IMG/VR virus record: IMGVR_UViG_3300032075_000005
Location: 1-47,799 of that record
Source: a virus
Lineage: Duplodnaviria > Caudoviricetes
Direction: 5' to 3' (one strand)
DNA: 47,799 nt
In this document: positions 1-8,020 of the stretch, in pieces
Numbering within the stretch: position 1 is the first letter of the stretch
Layout: the number at the start of each line of letters is the position of its first letter
Position numbers and translations under genes: made by a program
Notes under the pieces: generated by a model
The model's database searches: none
What the model saw: the letters and a program-made list of their open reading frames with translations, nothing else
What the model was told of the DNA's origin: nothing

Positions 1-127
1 GAGCCGATAGTCTGGAAGAGTTGCGTCCATACATCGCTGAAATTGCCGCCAGGAATGCTGCCGTCTCGCACTATGAGATCGTAGTCCACTAGCATGTCTA
101 TAGGTGATACCTTAATACGTTGGTCCT
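1..127. repeat. Terminal direct repeat (copy 1); circular-assembly overlap
   Basis: Bases 1-127 are identical to 47673-47799 and lie inside the portal reading frame. Confidence 0.95.
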
Positions 128-1775
128 GAATGTTGAATTGGCGTTGAACTGAGTCGGGCCAATCACCTACTGACTTCACGTAAACATCTTGAGACATGAA
201 TTGCTGTGTATGATAAGCGAACATGTATCCGATGTCTTGCATTACTTGAAGGCCCACTATCTTGGCGATACGTTCGAGTCGGTTAACTGCACCTTGAGCT
301 GTACCTTGAAACTCACGTGCTGAGAGTCGTTCAGGTCCGCCTTTACGTAAGTTGCCCATAACAGCATTATCAGTGCCAGTCATTGTCTGCATGTACTCGA
401 CGATGAAAGCAACATCTTGTAGGTTCGTGCGAGTGATGTCGGTGACAGCGAGTTGTTTAACGGCATTTTCAACACCACGGCCCCAGGCAGGACGACGTAA
501 GCGTACAAGGCCACCTGGTTCTGGATCACGTAAATCTTCGATGTTGAGGAGATAAGGATCAACAATGAGTACATCGTTGATTGCTTTGCGGACGTTCGCT
601 ATGTGTGAATTGAAGAGCCAGTCGATTACTGTTTGCATGCCGCCGAGTATTTCGAGGCGTGAGTATGCTACTGGCGAGTAGCCATCGAAATCAGGAGCGC
701 ATATACCAACTGGAAACATGTCGTGATCGAGGTCGAGAGGATTTGCACGTATAATGATAGCGTCATTAGCAACAGTAAAAAGCCACTTCTCAGGAATGTC
801 TGACGGACCCAGCTTCCACAAACTAGGAATAAGTTTAACGTACACATGAAACTGATCGACAGGTAACGAAATGTTGCGGTCGAAAGAGGTAGCGTCTCCA
901 CGCAGTGAGCGAGTGCGAGAAGTGCGTGAATCAGTGCCCAGAATACCACTAGACTTATTAGCAGTATGGCGTAAATAACGGACATTAAACAGTGTAGGAT
1001 CATCTTGCTCCTCACTAAGTAAGTCCATGTAGTTGGAACGATCTAGCCAGCCTACATACTCACCCTTCTGTACGTCGTGAATGGAGTAGTTTGGATCAGG
1101 TAGATAGTTGTAGGGGTCGATATTGGTGACAGCATTGCCCTCAAAGATGATTACGTTCTCGCGTAGGCCGCGTACTGAGTTAGTTTCTGTGAAGTTACCA
1201 TCACCATCGTAGAATCCTGCAGCTTCACGTGTGCGCTTCTTGCCATAGCGTGTAAGCCAGTATGGAGCAACTGCACCGAATCCGTATGCACATGCGTCAC
1301 GAAACATAGTATGGAGGTTGAGTGCTACTTTGTTACGGGCACACTGTAAGTCAATTACCTTCTCCATTAGGATAGCACCTGCTACGTCCTCAGGTGAAGC
1401 ACCTTCGTAGCGGAACATTGGATTAGGAAAGAATGCAGCTACAAGATATGATACTAATGTTTCGAGTATGGCGTAACTGTAGGGGAATACTATGCTAACG
1501 GGCTTGCGTTGGTCTTTCTTCTTAAGTAACATTTCCTTATCAGATAAAGAGATGTATGCTGTGAGTGTCTTGTTTATCTCATCCCATGCAGGACGACGTG
1601 AGGACTGAACCTTAGCTGCTTCCCACCCGTAGCGAAGTAAGCGTGAGAGCAAGCGTTGATGTAGTTCTTCGCCTGGCTTGAGGTTCATACCTTCAGGGTA
1701 AGCGTACTTGTAATCATACTTCTCTACGTTACCCATGTCTATTAAGCTGTCTGGATTCGTTATACTATAAGGCAT
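1..1775 (-). CDS. Portal protein, 5' part (continues across the junction to 47483; about 654 aa in total)
   Basis: Not in the ORF track. ATG at 1775 reads MPYSITNPDSLIDMGNVEKYDY...KPVSIVFPYSYAILETLVSYLVAAFF.... It is in frame with the 47483-47767 ORF (1775-95=1680). Size and position after TerL fit a portal. Confidence 0.85.
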   Translation of the reverse strand, partial: MPYSITNPDSLIDMGNVEKYDYKYAYPEGMNLKPGEELHQRLLSRLLRYGWEAAKVQSSRRPAWDEINKTLTAYISLSDKEMLLKKKDQRKPVSIVFPYSYAILETLVSYLVAAFFPNPMFRYEGASPEDVAGAILMEKVIDLQCARNKVALNLHTMFRDACAYGFGAVAPYWLTRYGKKRTREAAGFYDGDGNFTETNSVRGLRENVIIFEGNAVTNIDPYNYLPDPNYSIHDVQKGEYVGWLDRSNYMDLLSEEQDDPTLFNVRYLRHTANKSSGILGTDSRTSRTRSLRGDATSFDRNISLPVDQFHVYVKLIPSLWKLGPSDIPEKWLFTVANDAIIIRANPLDLDHDMFPVGICAPDFDGYSPVAYSRLEILGGMQTVIDWLFNSHIANVRKAINDVLIVDPYLLNIEDLRDPEPGGLVRLRRPAWGRGVENAVKQLAVTDITRTNLQDVAFIVEYMQTMTGTDNAVMGNLRKGGPERLSAREFQGTAQGAVNRLERIAKIVGLQVMQDIGYMFAYHTQQFMSQDVYVKSVGDWPDSVQRQFNIQDQRIKVSPIDMLVDYDLIVRDGSIPGGNFSDVWTQLFQTIG

Positions 1776-1777
1776 AA

Positions 1778-2038
1778 TTAATTACTCATCTGTGAGTGCG
1801 CGTCTGCGTGTAAGGATGGATTAAAGGGACACATCCCAGCGTCTGCAATAAAGCTGGTAATATGCTGCTGAATTGCTACAAAGGCGTCATACATTTCCTT
1901 GAATGGAATCTCGTGACGAGTATGAGCCCACATAGAAACAGCACCATCTGAAAACACGTCAAACTCCAGTGCAAGAACAGGGCGGCCTTTGGTCGTGTAT
2001 TGTACGCTACGCTGTCGATTAGTAAATTCTTTACCCAT
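1778..2038 (-). CDS. Hypothetical protein (86 aa) between TerL and portal
   Basis: Tightly packed between TerL and portal on the same strand. Confidence 0.7.
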   Translation of the reverse strand: MGKEFTNRQRSVQYTTKGRPVLALEFDVFSDGAVSMWAHTRHEIPFKEMYDAFVAIQQHITSFIADAGMCPFNPSLHADAHSQMSN

Positions 2039-3553
2039 TTAAACTAGTCTCCAATCGTCATCTAGTGGTGGATCATACTCTAGTGACGAGAACTCATTCT
2101 CTAGTTCGTTAGGATCGTAGTCTGGTGCTGTGAAGTAGCGCCCACCGAGTTCGAGTAACTCGATGATGTAAGCTGTGGCATCAGCAACGTCCACGAGGCC
2201 ACTGCGAGGAAACGAAAGTAGCTGAGCTTCCAGTTTAGCACAGTTGCTTTTGTTGTGGTAGATATATCCTTGTCGGTAGTACGGTGAAAGTGAACCGATG
2301 CGCTTAATCTTACCTTTCTCACCATCAGGAGCGCCGCCTCTAGCTTTAAGCCATATAGGTTCGAAGGAATCGCTAGGACCGCGGCGTAACATTTCGTTGG
2401 TGATTGGTTGCTTGATGAATTCCTCAAGTCCAGTTACCTCAATACCAATGGCGTGAGCGTTAAGGCGACGACGCATTGCGAACATTTCTTCGTACAAATC
2501 GTTGGGGAAGAATTTACCGCTGACAATATCGCGGATGTAGATGGCGTTTGTTGTGTAGTCAATGCCAATACCTACAATAGCGCTGTCGGCTGAGTGCATA
2601 TTGGCAGTTTTGGCTGGATCAACTATGATTACGTTCTCGAGGTGGCGATTGTCGAGTTCTCGTTCCTCGTAGTATTTAAAGTAATCCTGGCGAAATGTAG
2701 CATCTTCCCTAGAAATCGGAAGATTTCTGTATTCCATGTAGAACACGTCAAGCATTCCTTTGGAGCGGTGAGATTCTACTTCACGCTTAAGTTCTTCGGT
2801 GCTGATTAGGTGTGGTGCGAGTGATTCATACTCATCATTGCATAAGTCAAGGCGCATTGAGTGCCATTCAGGGCTTGTGAGAAGTTCTTGTAAGAGTGAG
2901 TCGTAGTGTTTGAGAGTGTCAATGTAGATAACACGCCACTTGTCTGAGTAGCGATCTACACACTTGAGTAAGTCAGAGTTGAACCACTCTTTAAGTTTTC
3001 GGCGATTTTCAGGGTTCTCAAGTTCTTCCTTCTTTTCGAGATCGTCAACTATTATTAGTTGAGGGCGATAGTTCTTATATAGTAGTCCTCGAACTTGCTG
3101 ACCAGCGCCGCGTGGCATGACCAGTGTGGAACCAAACGCAACCCACGACTGTTTGCTAAAGGATTCATCCAGTTCGGGATCATCTGCGTTAATTTGTACG
3201 TTACCGAATATTCGCCTGATTTCACGGTTAGTAACAAGCTCACGCTTTATGTTCTCCGTTTGCATAGTGGCGATAGTTTCACTGTTAGAGACGTAGATGA
3301 CAAATTCGTACTCGCGGAATAGGATTGACTTTTCTACTAACGCGCGGGCCAGGGAAGTTTTGCCTAAGCCACGAGGAGCAGCTATACAGATACGCTGATG
3401 CGGCGAGTCTATGGCATCAAGGATACTTTTGTGCAGTGTGGACCAGGGTGTGTTGAATGCTTCTGGCAATAAAGTTTTGCCAAATACGCCAATACTCTGG
3501 TAGCACATTGCTAGTATGTCTGTAAGGTCAGGCGTAAGTGTCGCTAATGCCAT
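2039..3553 (-). CDS. terL: Terminase large subunit
   Basis: Walker A APRGLGKTS, Walker B LIIVDD, C-terminal nuclease motifs IIVDPA and DVADA. Confidence 0.93.
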   Translation of the reverse strand: MALATLTPDLTDILAMCYQSIGVFGKTLLPEAFNTPWSTLHKSILDAIDSPHQRICIAAPRGLGKTSLARALVEKSILFREYEFVIYVSNSETIATMQTENIKRELVTNREIRRIFGNVQINADDPELDESFSKQSWVAFGSTLVMPRGAGQQVRGLLYKNYRPQLIIVDDLEKKEELENPENRRKLKEWFNSDLLKCVDRYSDKWRVIYIDTLKHYDSLLQELLTSPEWHSMRLDLCNDEYESLAPHLISTEELKREVESHRSKGMLDVFYMEYRNLPISREDATFRQDYFKYYEERELDNRHLENVIIVDPAKTANMHSADSAIVGIGIDYTTNAIYIRDIVSGKFFPNDLYEEMFAMRRRLNAHAIGIEVTGLEEFIKQPITNEMLRRGPSDSFEPIWLKARGGAPDGEKGKIKRIGSLSPYYRQGYIYHNKSNCAKLEAQLLSFPRSGLVDVADATAYIIELLELGGRYFTAPDYDPNELENEFSSLEYDPPLDDDWRLV

Positions 3554-3572
3554 GAGTGAGTCCGTTCGTTAT

Positions 3573-3634
3573 GGTTAGAATTTAACCGAACTCATTGCAA
3601 CTTTACTTACGAGCCGGTCGGTCGCCCTCGACCG
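3573..3634 (-). repeat. Mini-copy (I) of the dispersed element family: hairpin 3619-3634 and palindrome 3573-3587
   Basis: On the - strand: CGGTCG-AGGG-CGACCG, then ACCGGCTCG (element F has ACCTGCTCG), ending AGTTC-GGTTAAATTCTAACC. Confidence 0.65.
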
Positions 3635-3651
3635 AGCTTACATTTAATAGT

Positions 3652-4146
3652 TTACGCATCGTCAGATGCGATTAGGCCTGCTTCATTAGCTGAGGCTAAA
3701 GCCCTCATCTTGATCGCTTCGATATCGTCGCGTGTGAGATGAGTGTTGACTGAGGCAATCTTTTTAACTTCACCAAATCCTGCTCGTCCAAGGTGCACTG
3801 ATGCGTACTTAGCACGAATAGCGATAGGAGCCTCAACCTCTCCACTAATAACCTCTTCAAGTAACTTAAGAGCGACTGGGGCGAATTCGTTTATGCGCGC
3901 ACCGATGTCGATAGCTTCAGCATCGAGTGCTTGACGCAGCTGATCTAACTTGCCCTTGGCGATAGGCGAGTTACGGACGTTCGAAACTGTCTGTGCTGTC
4001 ACACCGCAGGCTTGGGCGATATGCTCATTTGAATGGCCTAACGCAACCATACGTAGCATTTGTTCGTGATTCTGCCAGAGTGATTTAACTTCGTAATTGC
4101 GCTTCTCGACAAAACGCTTGTCATATAAGTACTTAGGTTCGTCCAT
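3652..4146 (-). CDS. Probable terminase small subunit (HTH-containing)
   Basis: HTH-like SNEHIAQACGVTAQTVSNV; lies directly upstream of TerL. Confidence 0.65.
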   Translation of the reverse strand: MDEPKYLYDKRFVEKRNYEVKSLWQNHEQMLRMVALGHSNEHIAQACGVTAQTVSNVRNSPIAKGKLDQLRQALDAEAIDIGARINEFAPVALKLLEEVISGEVEAPIAIRAKYASVHLGRAGFGEVKKIASVNTHLTRDDIEAIKMRALASANEAGLIASDDA

Positions 4147-4149
4147 GAA

Positions 4150-4644
4150 CTAATCCTTTCTTATGTAAGGAGTTAAGCGCTTTATACGCCTCTTAGATTT
4201 TCGTGGCTTAGAATCTCTATAAGCTTGCATGCATTGCCTGCATTGCCTATAGCCACCCCAAGCATATGTATTTTCTTCTGTAAATTCGTGACCTCGTATA
4301 CAGTGCGTTTTATGAGAACGACCTAAACCTCTTTTAAGACGCTCTGGGTGACTAGCGAAATGTTCTGAGTGCGTTATCTGCTTTAAGTGCCTAGGATTGC
4401 AGCACAGTCTGTTCTTGCACTCATGATGTATTACTTTGCCAATATCTATTGGTCCCACGAATATCCAATACGCAAACCTATGAGCCGTTATGCTCTTATT
4501 ACAAAACCAGAAAACTCCGTAGCCAAGTCTAGTATTACCCATCCAATTCCAGCAATCATCATCACTCTCTATGATATCTACTTTATCTACGAAGCGTAAT
4601 AAAGAGTTAGTAAAATATAGCTCACTACTTTTGTACTTTCTCAT
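4150..4644 (-). CDS. HNH homing endonuclease with C-terminal Zn-binding motif
   Basis: CWNW..GYG..AHR..HHECKNRLCCNPRHL and THCIRGHEF..CRQC. Confidence 0.9.
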   Translation of the reverse strand: MRKYKSSELYFTNSLLRFVDKVDIIESDDDCWNWMGNTRLGYGVFWFCNKSITAHRFAYWIFVGPIDIGKVIHHECKNRLCCNPRHLKQITHSEHFASHPERLKRGLGRSHKTHCIRGHEFTEENTYAWGGYRQCRQCMQAYRDSKPRKSKRRIKRLTPYIRKD

Positions 4645-4733
4645 TATTGCTAACCTCTCAAGTTAGCTCTCATTATATTAGTGTAGAAGGGCAGTGAGAA
4701 GCTGCCCGTTCGGTGATCAGCCTATCTACACTA
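4645..4733 (-). ncRNA. Three-way-junction leader RNA upstream of HNH gene (c4-like architecture)
   Basis: Outer stem TAGTGTAGA/TCTACACTA encloses two hairpins, followed by a hairpin GCTAAC/GTTAGC over the RBS. Confidence 0.55.
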
Positions 4734-4779
4734 CTTGCGAGTGGTTTTGGCCACTCAACAAGCCCACATTCTATAATCA

Positions 4780-4808
4780 AGTATAACACATCCCAGTCTA
4801 AGAGTCAA
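4780..4808 (-). promoter_or_regulatory. Sigma70-type promoter for the HNH/terminase/structural arm
   Basis: TTGACT-17 bp-TATACT with extended -10 TG. Confidence 0.75.
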
Positions 4809-4911
4809 GGGCTTCGTAGAGATTTTCACTTAAAAAGGATAGTTTCGGTAAATTTACATTTGAGCCTGTGCTGACCACAGCAGCTTAAGTCACTCGAAAT
4901 TTGTAAGTAAC

Positions 4912-4940
4912 TTGACTTTTTAACCAGAGTGTGTTATAAT
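4912..4940 (+). promoter_or_regulatory. Sigma70-type promoter
   Basis: TTGACT-17 bp-TATAAT with extended -10 TG. Confidence 0.75.
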
Positions 4941-5046
4941 TACGTTTAGAAAGGAGGGGTGATAATTACTTATGAAGAAAAAAGTTGCCACGCAAGAAAG
5001 GTGCTTCTCCCCAGCCGCGACGAACTTGTACCCCCCAGTGGCCTTC

Positions 5047-5112
5047 GCGCGCGTGCGTGAATACAGGCGCGTGCGTGCACCTGAATACAGGCGCCTGAAG
5101 GCGTGCGTGTAC
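5047..5112. repeat. GC-rich short repeat cluster (TGAATACAGGCGC x2, GCGTGCGTG x3)
   Basis: Read directly; lies near the divergence point of the two gene arms. Confidence 0.8.
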
Positions 5113-5154
5113 GGGAATGTACTTTCATTCTATGGCTTAAAGTGCAAATGCGAT

Positions 5155-5183
5155 TTGACAAACCAGTTCCTGTATGCAACAAT
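5155..5183 (+). promoter_or_regulatory. Early promoter (variant -10 AACAAT)
   Basis: TTGACA-17 bp-AACAAT preceded by TGC; duplicated at 5227-5255. Confidence 0.6.
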
Positions 5184-5226
5184 ATAACTGTGAGTGGCAA
5201 CGCGGCACTGGCACAGAAAAAACGAG

Positions 5227-5255
5227 TTGACAAACAAGTGTTTCTGTGCAACAAT
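5227..5255 (+). promoter_or_regulatory. Early promoter (variant -10 AACAAT)
   Basis: TTGACA-17 bp-AACAAT preceded by TGC. Confidence 0.6.
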
Positions 5256-5326
5256 TAAAGTAGGTGGCAAATGGGCCACCAACGGTTCTTTACCATAATG
5301 CGCCAGGAGCGCAAGGGAGCATTCAC

Positions 5327-5683
5327 ATGCCTACCTATGAAGTCGCCGACTTGAAGGTTAACATTGACTTTGAGTGCCACATTGAGGGCAAGCCAGAAAA
5401 TCCTGTTGTCAAATACCAGGCACAGGTGCAGTTCTCGTCACTCGATGCACTGCTCAAGGCAGGTGGTGAGTCTGTAACTCGTAAATTGCAAACTCATGCA
5501 CGCAAAGTTGATGGATTTCCGACTGGTCGCAGAGTACTGGTAGACGAAGCGGGTAAATTTACCAAAACGTCCGAGGAGAAGGCAATGGACGCAATTAATG
5601 ATGCCAACGAAGCAGAACTTGAGGCAATGATGGCGATTGCCAAGGCAAGACTGGAAGCGTTAAAAAAGACCACCAAAAAATAA
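5327..5683 (+). CDS. Early hypothetical protein (118 aa)
   Basis: ATG at 5327 follows AGGGAG and is preferred over the track's start at 5264. Confidence 0.75.
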   Translation: MPTYEVADLKVNIDFECHIEGKPENPVVKYQAQVQFSSLDALLKAGGESVTRKLQTHARKVDGFPTGRRVLVDEAGKFTKTSEEKAMDAINDANEAELEAMMAIAKARLEALKKTTKK

Positions 5684-5745
5684 CAAGGTGAACAAGAAAC
5701 TTGGGCTAGGACAAGGACTAGCCCAACTCATAAAAGGAACTGATA

Positions 5746-5910
5746 ATGTATACCTGTACATTATGTCACGAACAAAAGCCGGACGTAGTAACAGTAGATG
5801 GCGTACCTGTTAAATTCGCACTGTGCGATAACTGTTGCAGTGACCTGCTTGACATGATAGTAGAGCGTGTTGCACGACGCGATGCCGAGTTAGAAACCTG
5901 GAACGATTAG
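5746..5910 (+). CDS. Small Zn-finger-like protein (54 aa, CxxC...CxxC)
   Basis: Below the track cutoff; RBS AAAGGA; MYTCTLCHEQKPD...CDNCCSDLL. Confidence 0.75.
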   Translation: MYTCTLCHEQKPDVVTVDGVPVKFALCDNCCSDLLDMIVERVARRDAELETWND

Positions 5911-5922
5911 TTAACTCACATA

Positions 5923-5962
5923 TGCACTGGGATGAGCACCAGTGCAAAAGGAAAGTACAATG
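5923..5962 (+). repeat. Hairpin+RBS cassette repeat, copy 1
   Basis: TGCACTGG-GATGAGCA-CCAGTGCA followed by AAAGGAAAGTACAATG. Confidence 0.9.
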
Positions 5963-6166
5963 AAAAAGTATACGCATGTAATTCTGGATTATAGAGTGGC
6001 AAAATTGGCACTGCAATTTTGTCAGGTATTCGGTGCGGAGAGTATGGAACTGACTTTCTCTGGTGCGCATAACGACTTCCTTCTGTCTTACAAGGCGCCA
6101 GTTGATTTGAATACTGCGGTGCATCAGTTCATAGAAAGAACCAACGTAGTTATCAACTTGATTTAA
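5960..6166 (+). CDS. Early hypothetical protein (68 aa)
   Basis: ATG follows the repeat-encoded RBS. Confidence 0.75.
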   Translation: MKKYTHVILDYRVAKLALQFCQVFGAESMELTFSGAHNDFLLSYKAPVDLNTAVHQFIERTNVVINLI

Positions 6167-6193
6167 ATAGGAAACTACGGCCCTAATACTAAA

Positions 6194-6234
6194 TGCACTG
6201 GGATGAGCACCAGTGCACAAAGGAAAGTACAATG
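6194..6234 (+). repeat. Hairpin+RBS cassette repeat, copy 2
   Basis: Identical 24-bp hairpin plus CAAAGGAAAGTACAATG. Confidence 0.9.
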
Positions 6235-6513
6235 CCTAACTGTTTTACATTAACTCGCAAAAGTGATCCGGCCGCTGGCCCAGTTAAATTGACACTGATA
6301 GACGAGGAGTTGTGTGCTCATCTCGGCGTAGAAGTACATCCGTCAAACTGGTGTTTTGGATGGTACGATATTGTAGGATTTGCACTTGCTATGGGCAAAT
6401 CCTTTGCTGAAATTAGAGAATTTTGCGAGGATTATGAAGACCTACATCCTATCATAGATTACTTAGACGCTAACTTCACAACTAATGCGTGGGCAGAAAT
6501 AGGCCGCAGGTAA
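6232..6513 (+). CDS. Early hypothetical protein (93 aa)
   Basis: ATG follows the repeat-encoded RBS. Confidence 0.8.
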   Translation: MPNCFTLTRKSDPAAGPVKLTLIDEELCAHLGVEVHPSNWCFGWYDIVGFALAMGKSFAEIREFCEDYEDLHPIIDYLDANFTTNAWAEIGRR

Positions 6514-6526
6514 CACTAAATTCTAT

Positions 6527-6566
6527 TGCACTGGGATGAGCACCAGTGCACAAAGGAACTAGAATG
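6527..6566 (+). repeat. Hairpin+RBS cassette repeat, copy 3
   Basis: Identical 24-bp hairpin plus CAAAGGAACTAGAATG. Confidence 0.9.
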
Positions 6567-6710
6567 ACACCTTGCTCTTTATGTGGTGAACAATGGGACG
6601 TACACAATGTACTGAAAGTAGAAGTAAACGGCACACTGTATATTATCTGTATATGGTGCGCTAATTTAGTCAAGGAGCACCTCGAGGATCATAACAAGGC
6701 TTTAAAGTAA
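6564..6710 (+). CDS. Small Zn-finger-like protein (48 aa), likely paralog of 5746-5910
   Basis: MTPCSLCGEQ...VNG...CIWC matches the CxLCxEQ..V(D/N)G..CxxC pattern of 5746-5910. Confidence 0.75.
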   Translation: MTPCSLCGEQWDVHNVLKVEVNGTLYIICIWCANLVKEHLEDHNKALK

Positions 6711-6759
6711 ACTCACACATGGGCCAGGGGAGAAATCTCCTGGCCTAAAGGAACTAATT

Positions 6760-6846
6760 ATGCTAGCTGCACTTATAGGCCCATTTTCGATACTCGTATA
6801 TATCGCAGTATTCTGGCTCGCCGTGAATACACAGTGGTTATTCTAA
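6760..6846 (+). CDS. Micro membrane peptide (28 aa)
   Basis: Hairpin plus AAAGGA RBS; MLAALIGPFSILVYIAVFWLAVNTQWLF is almost wholly hydrophobic. Confidence 0.6.
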   Translation: MLAALIGPFSILVYIAVFWLAVNTQWLF

Positions 6847-6891
6847 ACTTAGACGCGGGGCTAGCTTCGGCTAGCTCCAAAAGGAGCTGAA

Positions 6892-7080
6892 ATGGAATTG
6901 CCAAAAGAGTATTGGGATGATTTCATGCTGAAAGTACTCGCTGATAACAACAGCAATATCTTAACTAAGCTTGCGCGCCTGAATGAGAAGTATCTCAAGG
7001 CCAGTGACAGAGATAAGTTAGATAACCTCTTTCAAGAACTAGCAGAAGTAGCAAGGAATTGCAAACTCAGAATTAGATAG
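6892..7080 (+). CDS. Early hypothetical protein (62 aa)
   Basis: Hairpin plus AAGGAG RBS. Confidence 0.75.
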   Translation: MELPKEYWDDFMLKVLADNNSNILTKLARLNEKYLKASDRDKLDNLFQELAEVARNCKLRIR

Positions 7081-7090
7081 TAAACAAATG

Positions 7091-7116
7091 GGGCTAGCTT
7101 CGGCTAGCCCTTTTTT
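7091..7116 (+). terminator. Rho-independent terminator of the early cassette operon
   Basis: GGGCTAGC-TTCG-GCTAGCCC followed by T6. Confidence 0.9.
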
Positions 7117-7200
7117 GCGCTCACCCACCTAAGCAACATAGTACAAATAGTCCTAGCTTAGACAGTACTAACTTAGACAGTATTAGTTCTAGCCTATCAC

Positions 7201-7560
7201 TCACCTAGACAGTAAGTTATCCAACTTAGACAACACCTCAGCATATTGAGCACGAACCTTTAGTTCACGTAGACGCAACAGAATAAACTTACGTTTAGCT
7301 TCTAGACTCGTAAAGAATCGATTGCCAGCTATGGAATTGCAGCGTGTGCAGCACGGCACGAGCTGCAGCAGTTCGGCTGGAAACTTATAATATGGTAGCA
7401 GCTGCGCTAGAGATTGCGGCAGGACGTGATCCATAGCTGTCGCCTTGCCGCTGCAGTAATAACACTTAGACGGATCGCACTGAGCATAGACATAGTTGTG
7501 AATATTACTTACGCGCGGGGCCCGGGGGATAAGTTTAGTTATAAATTTAGGCAATGACAT
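7201..7560 (-). CDS. HNH endonuclease (CxxC...DH...CxxCN type)
   Basis: CYYCS..MDHVLP..CCTRCNS. Confidence 0.85.
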   Translation of the reverse strand: MSLPKFITKLIPRAPRVSNIHNYVYAQCDPSKCYYCSGKATAMDHVLPQSLAQLLPYYKFPAELLQLVPCCTRCNSIAGNRFFTSLEAKRKFILLRLRELKVRAQYAEVLSKLDNLLSR

Positions 7561-7624
7561 GAGTATATTCTCGTTCTGTGGTTAGTGTGAGTAAAATTGC
7601 TGCCGAACGCTCATCCTGAGTATA

Positions 7625-7653
7625 ATTATAACACACTTTAGTTGATTTGTCAA
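7625..7653 (-). promoter_or_regulatory. Sigma70-type promoter for the HNH gene
   Basis: TTGACA-17 bp-TATAAT on the - strand. Confidence 0.8.
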
Positions 7654-7682
7654 GCTTAGAATCGCACTGAAAGTGCGATTTT

Positions 7683-7697
7683 GGTTAGAAATTAACT
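7683..7697. promoter_or_regulatory. Solo 15-bp palindrome GGTTAGAAATTAACT between divergent promoters
   Basis: Matches the genome-wide GGTTARNNNYTAACC motif with one mismatch. Confidence 0.6.
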
Positions 7698-7733
7698 ATA
7701 GGAGTGAATGCAGGCTTAAAATTTGCAGGAAGC

Positions 7734-7762
7734 TTGACACTTACGATGGTTTCTGGTATAAT
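7734..7762 (+). promoter_or_regulatory. Sigma70-type promoter
   Basis: TTGACA-17 bp-TATAAT with extended -10 TG. Confidence 0.8.
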
Positions 7763-7779
7763 TTTATGACGTTTAGGAT

Positions 7780-7992
7780 GTATGTGGCGATTGTCGTCAA
7801 ATTCGCTTAGAGGTTATATACTTATAAGCTATAAGTGTTTGCTGTAAGTATTGGTTGTAAGTTATTATGTAGTAATATATATAGGTATAATATAATACTA
7901 TATATATATAAGATATTATAAACAACCCTACAGAAACACTTAAAGTATAAGTACAGGAACCTAAGTAACAAAGTGACAACATCGCCACATAC
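7780..7992. repeat. Long imperfect AT-rich inverted repeat (candidate origin or cruciform)
   Basis: Arm pairs include GTATGTGGCGAT/ATCGCCACATAC, TAAGTGTTT(G)CTGTA/TACAGAAACACTTA and GGTTGT/ACAACC; centre near 7890. Confidence 0.8.
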
Positions 7993-8020
7993 TGCATAAA
8001 AGCCATAAGGAGGATCAGCA

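Noticed and set aside
1-127. 127-bp terminal repeat as a biological DTR
   Set aside because: It falls mid-portal and equals a common assembler k-mer length, so it is best read as circular overlap.
352-1015. Short track ORFs at the window start
   Set aside because: They are shadows of the portal gene, which the track missed because it crosses the window edge.
5849-5877. TTGACA as a promoter
   Set aside because: It lies inside the 5746-5910 ORF with no credible -10 at 17 bp.
5923-6566. CRISPR array from three identical 24-bp palindromic repeats
   Set aside because: The intervals are about 250-310 bp and contain RBS-led ORFs, and no cas operon is present.
7157-7216. TAGACAGTA x3 as replication iterons
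   Set aside because: The repeats are short and irregularly spaced, and one copy is inside the HNH 3' end; support is insufficient.
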